This document shows positions 28,386-41,900 of a DNA stretch of 64,000 nucleotides, piece by piece (the first letter of the stretch is position 1; each line of letters starts with the position of its first letter). Under the pieces are notes generated by a model. It searched no databases, was not told the origin of the DNA, and saw only the letters and a program-made list of their open reading frames with translations. The position numbers and the translations under genes are program-made. The stretch lies in assembly GCF_009914755.1 (NCBI RefSeq), contig NC_060945.1. The stretch is one strand, 5' to 3'. The DNA is from the human T2T-CHM13v2.0 reference genome, Homo sapiens.

Positions 28386-28481
28386 TTTGTACTCTTTCTA
28401 ATAAGAATTTGACAGTGTTCTGATAAACAGACATAGACATACATAGGGCTTCCACTGATATGCAGAAAAAAACTATGTTTT

Positions 28482-28853
28482 TGATATGGTTTGGCTCTGT
28501 GTCCCCACCCAAATGTCATGCCATTTTGTAATTCCCAATGTTGGGGGAGGGACTTGGTGGGAGGTGATTGGATCATGGGGGTGGATTTCCCCCTTGCTGT
28601 TCTCATGAAGTTTTTACAAGATCTGGTTGTTTCAAAGTGTGTAGCACTTCCCTCTTCTTTCTGTCTTGTGCTGGCCACGTGAAGATGTGCTTGCTTCCCC
28701 TTCCCCTTCCGCCATGATTGTAAATTTCCTGAGGACTCGCCAGCCATGCTTCCTGTACATCCAGTGGTACTGTGAGTCAGTTAAACCTCTTTTCTCCATA
28801 AATTACCCAGACTCGGGTATGTCTTTATAGCAGTGTGAGAATGGACTAATACA
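28482..28853 (+). mobile_element. THE1D-like solo LTR
   Basis: tgatatggtttggctctgtgtccccacccaaat...gtgtgagaatggactaataca. Confidence 0.88.
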
Positions 28854-29075
28854 ATTTTCTTCTGGATCTTTTTAGTTTGCCTATCTTTACCAAGAGCTTG
28901 ATGATTTGAACCACTGACTGATTGCCCTGTACTTGGAGGATGTGAGGAAGCAGAATTGAGCCAATAAAGAGAAGAGGAAGAAGGAGCCACAGAACTGAGT
29001 GGGATGTCCCCTGAGCACTCCTTGGTGGAGCAAAAGTCTTGCAAGTCTCTAGTGCGCTGGGCAGGCTGAGGGCGT

Positions 29076-29182
29076 TCAGCCGAGAACACAGCTCTGTAAA
29101 TACATCAGCGAGGATGCATATATACAGTTTCCCCAGTGCTCCCTCAGACCCTTGGAGGCTGGGCTACTCCAAGCTCTGTTTC
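29076..29182 (-). CDS. CYYR1: Putative alternative last exon of CYYR1 encoding GNRAWSSPASKGLREHWGNCIYASSLMYLQSCVLG*
   Basis: Minus strand GGACTTACTCCATTTTTTTGCAG|GA: branch-point-like CTTAC, U-tract and CAG; open for 35 codons in the exon-3 phase to TGA at 29078-29076. Confidence 0.6.
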
Positions 29183-32039
29183 CTGCAAAAAAATGGAGTA
29201 AGTCCTGTGGAGTCTAAATACACATTCCCTCTGCATTATACCCACGCCTCGACTTCATTATATCTAGGAGCACTGAGACAAAGAGATTTATAACAAACTT
29301 CATCCAAGCCAAGAATGAAACACGGCAGCCTCCATGCAGCAGGAAACCCATTGATCTGTTTCTTATAAGCATGTGGTTCTATGCTGTTTTTCTGCCAAAG
29401 CTTTTCCCTGCCTCCCACTTGAGGAGCATACACCAGCTGATTCTGCAGATTGACTCTACATCATTCTCTGTCATGAAGCCATGGCATGTGTTTATGCGTC
29501 TGTAACAAAGCGTTTATATTCTGCCATCTGCATAAAAACTGCTGAAGGACATTTCAGCAAGAATCCCTATGGTTTATGCAGCTGCATGTTGAACATGAAA
29601 ATCTAAGATATGACAGTGGTCTTTCATTCATACAACCTTTGAATTTTGGTAAAGTTCTGATGTAATGTTAAAGAGTGGTATTTTGAGGACTACGCATCAA
29701 GATATAAACATGGCACATCTTTTATAATATCAGCCACTGGAAGACATTTGAAATAATATTTGTATAATTGTGGGCTGTATTATCTTTCTTTCTTGCACAT
29801 AATAAAGTTTCACTGGAAGTAAACTTTTCAAGTATCAATTTTAGAATTCCTGATTCATCCTAAGCGGTTTTGTTCTTTTTTTACAGGTGAAATCATACTT
29901 AAAAGTTGTATGTATGCAGCTGGAGATACGTGCCTTTGAAATCCTTTCATAACCAATATTCTAATCTCCTATTTAAGTAGGGTAAATAGGCCATTTATCC
30001 TCAACATCTGATACAGCTGTCTACAATATTAAAACATTTAGCAATACCATGAAATTCGGAGAAGAAATGTAATGTTTTCTACCCACTCAGGCCAATATTT
30101 CTAAAGCTAATGTGGTGGGAAGATGCGTGGTGTTACCCAAACTATTCACAATTATTTCAGAAAATTTGGAAACAGAAGAAAATCATCCATAATTTTGTCA
30201 CCCCAATTTAACAAATCATATCTTTAAATACTGTCTCTTAGTCATTTGTGCGTAGTTGCATCCTTGCAGTCACAGAGTATGGCCTATACTTTTTCACTTT
30301 GTATTACAATGCAAGTCTTTTCATTCTGCTGCATATTCTTCATAAGCTTTATTAATGGCTGCCTTAGCAGTTATTCCATCCACTATTCACTATTTTGAGG
30401 TTAATTTTTTATTATAATTAATGTAATGATGAATATCTTCTTACACATAGACTTTTTAATTATTTTTTTTTTAGAATAAAATTCCAGGAATTAATTAGCT
30501 GGCTTAAGTAACACATACATTTTATTGCTTAGAATACATTATAAAACTACTTTCAAAAATAATTATTTCATCTTGTAAGGGTATACAAGTACATTATCAT
30601 TTAATATTTTAGTAAATTAAGTAAAAATTTAGGTCTTTGTTTTACTTGATCATTTCTTTTGATAACAGCTAGGTTTGACACTGTTTTACATCTTGTCCAC
30701 TGTTTGTTATTCATATTGAGTGAATTTTTTGTTGTTGCTCTGGACTGGTGATAGTTTCTAAATGAGGATCTTAATTTCAATGAAGATATAAGTAAGATAT
30801 AAAAAAGTGCACAAAATTATATATCTTTTAATAAAAACTCTTTGTCAAAATGGTTTATTATATAATTTTTACCTTACTGACATTCTGAAGTTTAAAACCA
30901 TAACAAAATATATAGTTATTCATTTAAAAAATCCCTTCTGTGTTATTTCCAAGTTTAAAAATTAGTCTTCTTTTTCAGATAGTTGATACATAACTATCCT
31001 GTTTCTGAGTTTACCCATTTAAATTTATGTATTTAATGCTTCGCTACATGTGTTATTTTATTTGGTATATTTTTGCATCAAAGTTTATTTTTTCTAAGTT
31101 TTAAATATTGGTTAGGCCGAATTATCTAAATGTGGCTTATTAAATAATCCTCAATTTTTATATTCTTTTGCTATGTCTCCTTTACAGTATATAAAATTCT
31201 AATATACCTGTTCTATTCCAATGACCAAGGTGTATCTTTTTGTACCAGACATACCTCAATTTAATTATTACTGATTTTAAATAGTTTTGATACCTGGTAG
31301 AACTGATGAATCTCATGCCTTATATTTAAAGACAATTGCTTATTGCAAACCTTCTCATCTACTCTCCCCCAAACCCCACTACTCACAATTTTCCTTAACC
31401 CCACCCAGAACAGAGAGTTTAAATAAAGGCCCACACAGCTCCTGGCAAGACCTCCATTACCCGCATCCCCAGCCACATAAACTCAATACTGCCCATTTAT
31501 CCTCTACAATGGCCTAACATGCAAAGATATAGTATAACCTATTGTTCCCCTTCCACTCAGATAGCATCAAGACAAATTCCATCAAGCCTCACATCCCTCT
31601 GTCACCATGAGAAAGACAGGTTTCCTTATTGTAGACCTTTAATTCTGGAAGGCTTTGCACATCGATTTGTTAATTTTCCAAAAGTTCCCCACCCCCTTCA
31701 CTGTGCTCAGTGGAACACAGTCTGTCACCGCACCCTCTTTCCCTGCCTCCACCATGCAACTCCTGCTTTCAGAATGAAAGTTCTCCTCTGACCCTGTCTG
31801 TTTTCTCGAGAAATGAGATCTGTTGAGAAATCACCTGCTGCGAGTGAGAAGGCTGAGGAGATTTTTGAGTTTTGAGATGAAAGAATAATGCATGAGATGG
31901 TTAACTCAGGAAGTGGAAAGGGACATTCACATCACCTTTTTACTCTAATTAAAATCTGATTTTCCAGGAGAGCATGGCTTCCTCAGCAGCACTACCAAAG
32001 CACAGCTATTCTTTTTCTTCCACATCCTACCACCTATAG

Positions 32040-32476
<437 letters not shown>

Positions 32477-33869
32477 TACCATGTGTTCTTTTCTAGCACA
32501 TATGCCATGAAAAAAGAAGAATACACCGTGCCTTTTTTTTTTTTTTTTTTTTAACAGAGTAGGTGCCTTGCTATTTTGCCCAAGCCAGGATCAAACTTGA
32601 GATCTTCCTGCCTTAGCCTCAGTAGTAGCTGGGGTGATCTTATACTACTTTCTACTCCTTCTTGTTATCAATATCTGTGGTGTGTCCTACCCCAAACTTT
32701 CCTTCACTGAAGACTTAACATCTGGCCCATGGTCTCTCTTTCCTCCACAACTTCTCTTATCGTTCTTGTGATTTCAACATCCACCTAACCCTGCCTCTCA
32801 AGTCCCTTGACTATTTTTCCTTCAAAAGTCTCTTCACCCTTGTTGTTGGCAATAATAGTGCTATTTTGTAAATCTTAATTATAAATCTGACCACCACCCT
32901 TTAGTATCTTTCTAGAATACTCATTCCACTGCATCTTGGACCTCACCTGGATTTCCAATTTACTAATGGCCATTTTAAAGGAATTCAAACTGATGTCACC
33001 TCTTTCCTGTCATGGTGTCCTTTGTTATTCAGCACTGATTTATGGGCCATCACTAAAATTACTCTTTTGCACCTATTGTCAATATTCTTATCTCCTTCTC
33101 CATTGCCTGGCAGAACCCCAACCCTTATTAAACCCAACACTTTGGTTATCCTGGATCAATATCTAGGAGCTTAATGTGACTAAAGAAAAATGCACAATGA
33201 TGCTGAATGATTTCACTTTGAGTAAATGACCATTTTCATAAGTGTTGTGGTCTTTGGCCTTGCTCAGAAGCCATACATTTCTTTAGACATTTCACACTCT
33301 TCATTTTCTGAGATTCCTGTTTCATGCTTTTTTTTCTTCTTAACCTCAAATACCTCCTCAGTTTTTTTCACTCTCAGCAGAAGACTTGCTTCTTATTTCA
33401 CTGAGAAAATTGGCACGAGCAAAAAAGAACATCCTTTGACCACCAAGTCTACAACTCATTGAAACTGTGTTTATGTACTTATTGCCTTACATATGCTGTA
33501 CATAAATAAATTGTCTCTGATCGTGCTGTACATAATGAATTGTCTCTGATCCCATCAAAGGCTAGCCCCTATACTTGTGTACCAAATTCCTTTCTTCCTC
33601 AGACTTAAGGACACTGATTTCCAACAATCCCTTCTATCTTCTGTATTCATCAGTTTCCCCCTTTATGTTTACCATCAGTGTACTAGCAAAATACAAGGCA
33701 CTACTATTTGGATTTCTCAATAAGAAAAACAACAACAACAACAAAACCTCTTGACTTCATGTCCACCTCAGTTTTCTCTACCCATTTTATAGCAAAATTT
33801 TGTACTTGCTAGCTCTACTTCATCATACCCATAAATTTTGTCTGTAGCATTAATTCTGCAACCACAGTT

Positions 33870-34272
33870 AATATGACATCAAAGAAGGTTTTCTCAGTTC
33901 ATGTTTGAATTCTCTGATTTGTACTAAAAACGTCTGCCTGGGCGAAGACTTGACTACATTAATGTATCCATTTTGTTTCCTTCCAGTGTCTTCAAGGTGA
34001 AGGCATCTTCATAGTCACAATATTATTATAGAGAATCTTTCCAGTATGAATTTTTGATGTGTAAAGAAGTTACACATCTGATGAAGATTGTTTTTAATAT
34101 TCAGTACAAACACAGAAGTTTTCTTTAGTATGAACATGAGCTTGTGATCTCTAAAAAGGTTTGATGAGTACTCAGAAGTCTTCTCATGTCAGTGCACATA
34201 CTAATAAGGTTTCTGTCATGTGTGAATTCAGTGATGCAAATGGGGTATTTATTTCTTAATGAAGTATTTCCA
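33870..34272 (-). pseudogene. Highly decayed C2H2 zinc-finger (KRAB-ZNF-type) array fragment
   Basis: Minus strand 34236-34204 = CAT CAC TGA ATT CAC ACA TGA CAG AAA CCT TAT (HH*IHT*QKPY, cf. HQRIHTGEKPY); further linker-like units (VHTKENFCVCTEY; IHTGKILY) recur at ~60-90 nt spacing. Confidence 0.65.
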
Positions 34273-34701
34273 AGAGACTTGAAAGACTACAGGCCAGTTG
34301 TTTTATTGAATGTTCCCCAACTTGGGTTTGTCAGATATTTTCTCATGCTAAGATTTAGGCTGTGATCTTCCAGGTGGGACCTACATACATGAAACTGTGT
34401 TGTCCTCAGAGTAACACACTCAAAGGTCCATGATCTTTATCTGTCCTTTAGTAACCGTAAAGTTACTATTTTTCACCTGATAACTGACAAGAAATCTGGT
34501 GGACACTTTTAAGACCTGCGAATATCCTTCTCAGCACATTCTCCTCTAGATTTAGCATCGGTTGATGATTTTTGGCTAACTCTTTCTGTATGATGGTCTT
34601 AAAACAATTCTTTTCAATTCTATAACTCCCTTCTACATTTATTCTTTGACATTCTTCTGTTAGGAAGAGCCCCATTCCCCTCTCCAATTGTTTGTCTACC
34701 C

Positions 34702-34709
34702 TATCTATC

Positions 34710-34754
<45 letters not shown>

Positions 34755-34781
34755 ATCTTCTATTATCTATCTATCTATCTA
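34702..34781. repeat. (TCTA)n/(GATA)n tetranucleotide STR, probably D21S1435
   Basis: Compound TCTA run; flanks CCCTCTCCAATTGTTTGTCTACC and TGAAATCTCTTGCTTTCCTTTTGT resemble the D21S1435 primer sites as recalled (not verified). Confidence 0.75.
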
Positions 34782-36149
34782 AAAATCATTTCACAGGACT
34801 CAATAATATACGTCAAATCTCATTTTTCTTGATGGCACTGAAATCTCTTGCTTTCCTTTTGTTAGTATTTGACTTTTATATCTTTGGCAAGCCTTTTGTT
34901 ACAGTTTTACTATATTATTTTCTTTCAGATGTGTATATCCCAAACCTGCTTTTAAAAAAAAGGGTTAATATGATCACTTTCCTTTGTTAGCACTGAAGTT
35001 CTGAAAAGTAGTGGAAATGTAAAACTTGAAAATTCTTGCCTTCATGTGGACAATTTAAAAAATAATTGCAATTAAAGAGGACGTCTGTTCATTCTACCCA
35101 ATATGGCAAGAATGAAAGACTTTTGGAAGGTCACTGTCCAACATAGGGTCAGGTATGACAGCTGAATGACACTGTTTTCACCTCGTGTAGAGTAATAATG
35201 TTCACTCTAGGGCTCCCCACTGTACACTTTCACCTTTGCTAAATTATGCTCTCTGCATTTATCTGATCTGTGGGCTGTAGGACTATACAATAAGTTGGGT
35301 TGTTATCTCAATTATCATAGGGTTAATTAATTAGTGAGGGTAAAAGCATTTTGTGTTTCCATAGATGAAAGATTTTGAAAAGTATTCAATAGTATTATGT
35401 GTTGCTTCCTAAACCTTCAAGTAAAATCTTAATTAGCGCCTTTGAGAAGGAAATGAGAAGTAATCATGCACATTATGTTTTCGAAGACCTAGTCTTTTTT
35501 GCAGTAAAAATGTTTTCAGCATGAGGTTCATTATGTTTCTTCCATTATTCAGTTCTGAGAACAATGCATTTAATAAAAATGCAATACATTCCTGTGACCT
35601 GAAAGTATAAATGATGCTAATATAAAGTTTTAAAAACATATTTCCGTCGGCTAATTGAAATTTCAAACCCAAGAAAACATGTGACCTTACATTACTATCG
35701 TGACATTTAGTATTTTCTAACTTTATTCAAAGTTTGAACTTACAGAAGGATAAAATAAAATATTGAACATTTTATAAAAATATTTAAACATTATTTTCAA
35801 TTAAACTTTTTTGATCAAGCTAATGAGTATCTAGAACGTTATCTGCAAAGCAATTCTTCATACCTTCTCTACAATTAATGTCTTTGCTTGACTTTCTTCT
35901 GTTTTTCTCTTGGGTTATGGTTTGACCAAGGGAAAAAATTCAGAGGTATAAATAATAATAAAAATAATTCCATCTATTTTTTTCCTTATATTCCAACATC
36001 TTTACAGTAACCCTACCAATATTCTTGCAAGTTGGGAATATTTGAAATTGCATGTTACTTTTGTAGTGAGTACATTCCAGGGTGAAACTTAAAGTCAATT
36101 CCCTAGGGTATTGATATATGATTAATTCAGGTCTTTTCATGAGTTGTGT

Positions 36150-37370
36150 TCATCATTCATTCAGCTGAGTGCCCATTATGTACCAGGCCTGGTCTTACAT
36201 GCTTGGAATAGAGTGTTGAACAAAATAGACCAAGATCTCTGCCTCATGGAGTTCATATTCTAGGAAGAGGAAATGAACAATAAACAATCAACATAATGAT
36301 TAGCTAAACTATACGATATCTTGGAAGATTAAAAGCACTCTGGATAAAAAGCAGAGCAGCACAAAGAGAATTGGGATGCTGTCAGAAGGGACACATTACA
36401 ATCTTAAATAGGGTGTATTAAATCAGGGCAGACTCCATTCAGGAGGTGACCTTTGATTAAAGACTTAAATGAAGTGAGGGAGTCAGTATTCTAGGCAAAG
36501 CCCTATGGTGGAAGTGTGGCCTTGTGAGTTCATGGAACAGCAAGGGAAAAAAATGTGACTGGAGACAGAGTGGCCAGGGAGAGAGTAGAAAAAAAGGAGG
36601 CCTGGGAAATAAAAAGAACAGCCAACTCATGCAGTACCTTGAAGGCCTCAGTAAAGAATCTGCCTTTTACTTTGGATAAAATGAAGAACCACACGCTTTA
36701 ATGCCTCCTCTGCGGGAAATGGGGAACCGCTGGAAGATTCTGAGCACAGGAGTAATACGATCTGACATCTACTTTGAAAGGTTCACTCTGGCTACTGGGT
36801 TGAGAATAGACCCCAGGGGGCAAAGGGTGGATGCTGGGAGACCAGCCAGGATGTTATTAGAGTAAAGGAAGTGAGAGCTGATGAAGTTCTCCTACTAGGG
36901 GAGTAACAATATCTACTTCTCACTGTGAGAAGTAGTCAAAATACTGTATATATTTTGAAGGTAGAGCCAAGAAGTTTTCCTGGTAGAGTGCATGGTTTCT
37001 GGCCTGAGCAACTAGGATAGAGATGCCATCAAGAGAAATGGTAAAGGCTGTGAGTGGACAGGGGTTTTGGGGGAAATCCAACACTTGGATCAGAAATCCA
37101 AGTTTAGACATGTCAAATTTGGGATATTTATGAGACACTCAAGTGGAGATGTTCAATAGGCACTGGGATAAAATGAATTGGTTTGGACTGGAGATACATG
37201 GGAGGCATTAGCATATAAATGGCACTTACCACCCTGAGGTTGTAATACTCTTAATACAGGCAAAGAAGTAAGTGTAGATACAATATGGAAGAAAAGACAA
37301 GACTGAGCCTTCAGGTACTCCAGTATGAAAATATTATAGAAGAAGAACTGGCCAAAGAGGAACAAGAGGA
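36150..37370 (-). mobile_element. L2 3' region
   Basis: cattcattcagctgagtgccc...gaagattctgagcacaggagtaatacgatctgac...tggtttctggcctgagcaact. Confidence 0.75.
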
Positions 37371-37792
37371 ATTATCATACCCTTATTGATCTGAAATTTG
37401 CTCCCTCAAGTTGAAGATGATAGAGGAAAAAAAAAAAAAAGATTGACAGAGGAAGGACAGAACAGGGAATTAATACAAATACAAAGCACAGTTGCATGTA
37501 GAAGGTACCCTGTTCTTTTCCTGTAGAGACAGAGAAAGAAAAGACATGAGTATGGATGGGAAATTAACTTCCTAAGAGTGTGTTAAATTTAGAACTTGCC
37601 TGCTTTTTATATGTCAAATTGTACATGCACAGATTGACTTAGAAAGCATTATTGAAATCCTCTAATGCAAAATGCAGTATTTTGTTTATGAAGTCACATG
37701 TACTCAATATATTTTAATACATGGAACTTCTAGCATATTCTCAATAAATATTTGTCAAATTATTAATATATTGCCCTTGCTCTTTGTTGAAA

Positions 37793-37935
37793 TTTTTTTT
37801 TTCTTTTGTATTTTTAGTAGAGACTGAGTTTCTCCAAGTTGGCCAGGCTAGTCATGAACCCTTGCCCTCAAGTGATCCACCCACCTCGGCCTACCAAAAT
37901 GTTGGGATTACAGGCGTGAGCCACTGTGCCTGGCC
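37793..37935 (-). mobile_element. Alu left-arm fragment
   Basis: ttttgtatttttagtagagac...gggattacaggcgtgagccactgtgcctggcc. Confidence 0.88.
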
Positions 37936-38381
37936 TGTTGAGAATTTTAATATTGTGTTTAAAGCTGTTCTCTCGACCTAATGAAGATATATGAAAATTT
38001 TCTTGAATGCTTTTTCTCAAGACATATATATCTATTGGATCAGATGCCAGTTTATTGAGACATACATTATACTTTATAAATTACTTGTCAGTACTCACTA
38101 GCAGGTAGACACAGTGGGTGTGAATTGCTTATTTGTCTTAATTCTGGCTGACTGGCAATTGTAGTCAATGAAACAGACATTAAAAATATGAATACCTTCA
38201 AAAAAAAAGAATTGGGTTGTATTACTTGGATCTAAGCAATCTTGATTCAGCTAGAACTTCAATCTACATGTACCTAGAAATACTCTATGAAATTGAAGGT
38301 GGTTTCATTGACCATCTAGAATGTTTCCTTCTCTCTGTGAGGAGCAGAGGATAACTAGCAAATCTGAGCCTTCGAGAGTCA

Positions 38382-38579
<198 letters not shown>

Positions 38580-39641
38580 TCAAAAGACTTGTAAGCATTC
38601 TTTAGACTTTCTAGTAGAGCTCCATGATTATAGGACAAGTGTTTTCTTACAAATGTTCTTAAGGATAATGTGTGTGTGTTTTTCTTTTCTTTTTTTTTTT
38701 AAAACCCATAAGTTCCCTGAATTGATAAAGCAAATAGTCTGTATTTCAATAGATATGAAAAAGTTATAAAAATCCTCTTCTAGCACCGTTGACCAATTCA
38801 TCATTCAGATTCCAGTTCTTAAAATTCATGTTTTGATACAAAGCACAATTCTCTAGATATGCTCTCCAAAGTAATAATTTTAAAAACCATTCTGCTGTGT
38901 ATCTAAACAGCAAAGAATTTATCTGTTGGGCATAGCATGTATGTGTTTAATGAAAACAACTTGGTAGATGTCAGAATATTAAGTGAAATTTAACACTCAT
39001 TCCTGATTAACACTCTTCATAGAACAAGAATATTTGTTTCTTAATAAAAGAAAACCAAACCAAACTTCATATTTTTAAGCTACCCAGAGAACAGTTATGA
39101 CAAATAAGTATCCCATTAATTCAGGAAGAACATAAATAAAACTTCGATTTCTACTAATGTTAATGGTTTCTTTCCCGCAGAAAGTTTTAGCTCATGCAAC
39201 AAAACCATAAATAGAAAAAAAAGCCGAATAGCAGAAAAGAGTCAACATTATGATTGTTTGTGTGGAATATAATTTGTAGGTAACTACATTTTTCTGTTAT
39301 TTTGAAAAGCAATGGGGAAATCTTTATCAAAATATAAATTTTGACCAAGAAGCATCATTTTTAGCAATGCTCCCTAAGGAAATGTAGCACATAAGCATAA
39401 ATACTATAACAAGGATGTTCATCACAGTGTTGTGGCTAATAGCAAAATAGGAGAAACATCCTAATGTCCATAAAAAGAGGACTGACAGAAAAAAATTCGT
39501 CAGAAAAGGAATCTTACATATTGATTAAAAAGGGTCAAGAGATCCACATGGATTGAAGTGAAATGTTTATGATACATGGTTAACTTAATAGTAATACTAT
39601 TACTATTGATAGTAATTTGTATTCATTCAATTAATTAGTGT

Positions 39642-39860
39642 TAGCTTCCAGCACCATCCATGTGCCTGCAAAAGACATGATCTTGTTCTTTTTTATGGCT
39701 GCATAATATTCCACGGTGTATATGTACTACATTTTCTTTATCCAGTCTGTCACTGATGGGCATTTAGGTTGATTCCATGTCTTTTCTATTGTGAACAGTG
39801 CTGCAATGAACATTTGCATGCATGTGTCTTTATGGTAGAATGCTTCATTTTCCTCTGGGA
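39642..39860 (-). mobile_element. Internal L1PA/L1PB fragment without poly(A) tail
   Basis: gcttccagcaccatccatgtgcctgcaaaagacatgatc...gcatgtgtctttatggtagaatg. Confidence 0.85.
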
Positions 39861-40099
39861 ATGAATTAGTATTAATTGAATACTAATTCAATTAATTAGT
39901 ATTTTCAATACTTACTAGTATTGAATACTAGTAATTAGTATTGATAGTAATTAGTATTGAATGGAAAAGCAAGTATTAACAGGATACTACCAGTAATAAC
40001 AGAATAATTGCCATGAGGTAAAACTGCATTTCTATGTATCAAGTTTTTTATTATCTACAGTGATGATCTTGTAAATGTGAAAAATAAAAATATTCACTT

Positions 40100-41900
40100 T
40101 CTCATTTGCATATTCCACAAAAGCAACCACTTCAACCCTTTCAGTTATTTTTTCTAATACCCTCTCTCCTATTTCTCAATATTATTATTACATTATTTTA
40201 TATTTTTTGTTTTTACACATTATTTATTGCCTCCTCTTATACTATTTGGGAATGCAGATCTCTCAGACAAGATTTATCCTTGGTTAAATCAGTCTTCAGT
40301 ATTTACATTGCCATAACTTTGCTATCTGCTGAGCCAAGCAATGTACCATAGTTAACTTTTACAAATTATTATCGCATTTATTTTACAACTTACTATTTTT
40401 AAAGAATTTCCATGAATTTTTATTTTTCCATATACATATTGATATCTGCTCCTTGCAAAAATTCCTAGAAATCTTTCCCACATTATCAGTAGCTTTTTCA
40501 TACTCAAACATAGTAAAATAGCTTATCAGTTCTGTTCTGCTCCCCTGATGATTTCCTTCTTACAGCAACTAAGACTACTGGTTGTTCCGAACCTGGAACT
40601 GTTCCCCTTGAGCCCTGTTTGCTGGTCCTCACATTTAGTTTCTGGACCCAATTCTTGCTAATTCTTGGTGAACTGCATTGTTTGTTGAAGCACGTTCCTG
40701 AATGGCTTCTTAAAAATCGACTCAAAGGAAAGTAGATTTTTCAAGTCTTTGAATGCCTGAAAATGACTTAATGCTTCACTCTTACGTGATTGATAATTCA
40801 TCTATGCATGAAATTCTAAACTGCAAGACATTATTTCTTAGAAATATGAGGGCATTGCTTATTGTCTTCTAGAATTTGGAGCTGCTGTAAAGAATTCCCA
40901 TGGCATTATAATTACTTTCCTTTGTGTGATACCGTTTTTTCTTTTCTTTCTTTCTGGAAGTTCTTAGCATTTTCTTTTTACTCTTGGTATTCTAAAATTT
41001 CATAATGTGCCTGGGTTTAAAATATATATATTTTCCAGGTCCTTTTGATTCTTTATGTTCGGAGACTCACGTCCTTCAGTTGTTGAAACTTCTCCATACA
41101 ATGTTAATTTTTTCTTCACTATTTTCTGTATTCTTCTTTCTGGAAACTCATTCTGAAATAAGCTTTTGAACTTTCTGGATCGATTCTCTAACTCTTTTTT
41201 AAAATCCTTTTTAAAAAACTACTGTCTGGAGAATTTCATTGACTTTATCTTCCAAAGTTGTACTAAACTTTAAATTACAGTTATCTTATTTTTAATTTTC
41301 TGGTGCTTTATCTCATCCTCTATTGCACTCCCCTCCCTGTTTCCAGTGTCTGTGTTTCTTCCATTGATGCAGTCTCTTAATCTTTGAAAGCACCAATGAT
41401 ATATTCTTTGATACTTTCTCTACTGTTTGTATTTCCTCGTCCTGTCTGGGTTCTTTTTTATTGATTGTTCATTTTGATCTCATTCATATTTGATGTTTTC
41501 TTCAAATGTCTGGTGATCCTTGAATTCTCTCCTATCAAAAAAAAAAAAAAGCTTGAAGTAGCTACTTGGAAGTTTAGTTTGCAAGCCAGAATTTGACAGG
41601 TGAACTCCAAAGAACAGGACAAACTGAGATCAGACCATAGATCTTTTCCTTGGGGCTATTCATTTTTCTCCATGAAAGCATTCTCCAATTTCATACTTGG
41701 GGAGCATCAGCCTCACTGCCAATATCCCGGAGCTTGGAATTGTACTCATAAGGATATGAACTTTCATGAAATCCTTACGCTTTCATCTCAGAGACCCAGT
41801 CTCTGGCTTCGCTTTGTCGGCTGTCTTTTGGGTTTCACTCTGGAGGCTTACGGGTTTAAGTCTTCACAAACCATTCTTTGTTGTGTAAAAGCATGATCTC
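40100..41900 (-). mobile_element. Ancient L1M/HAL1-type fragments
   Basis: T-rich degenerate tract with gcctgaaaatg...aaattcta...gcattgcttattgtcttctag motifs. Confidence 0.5.
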
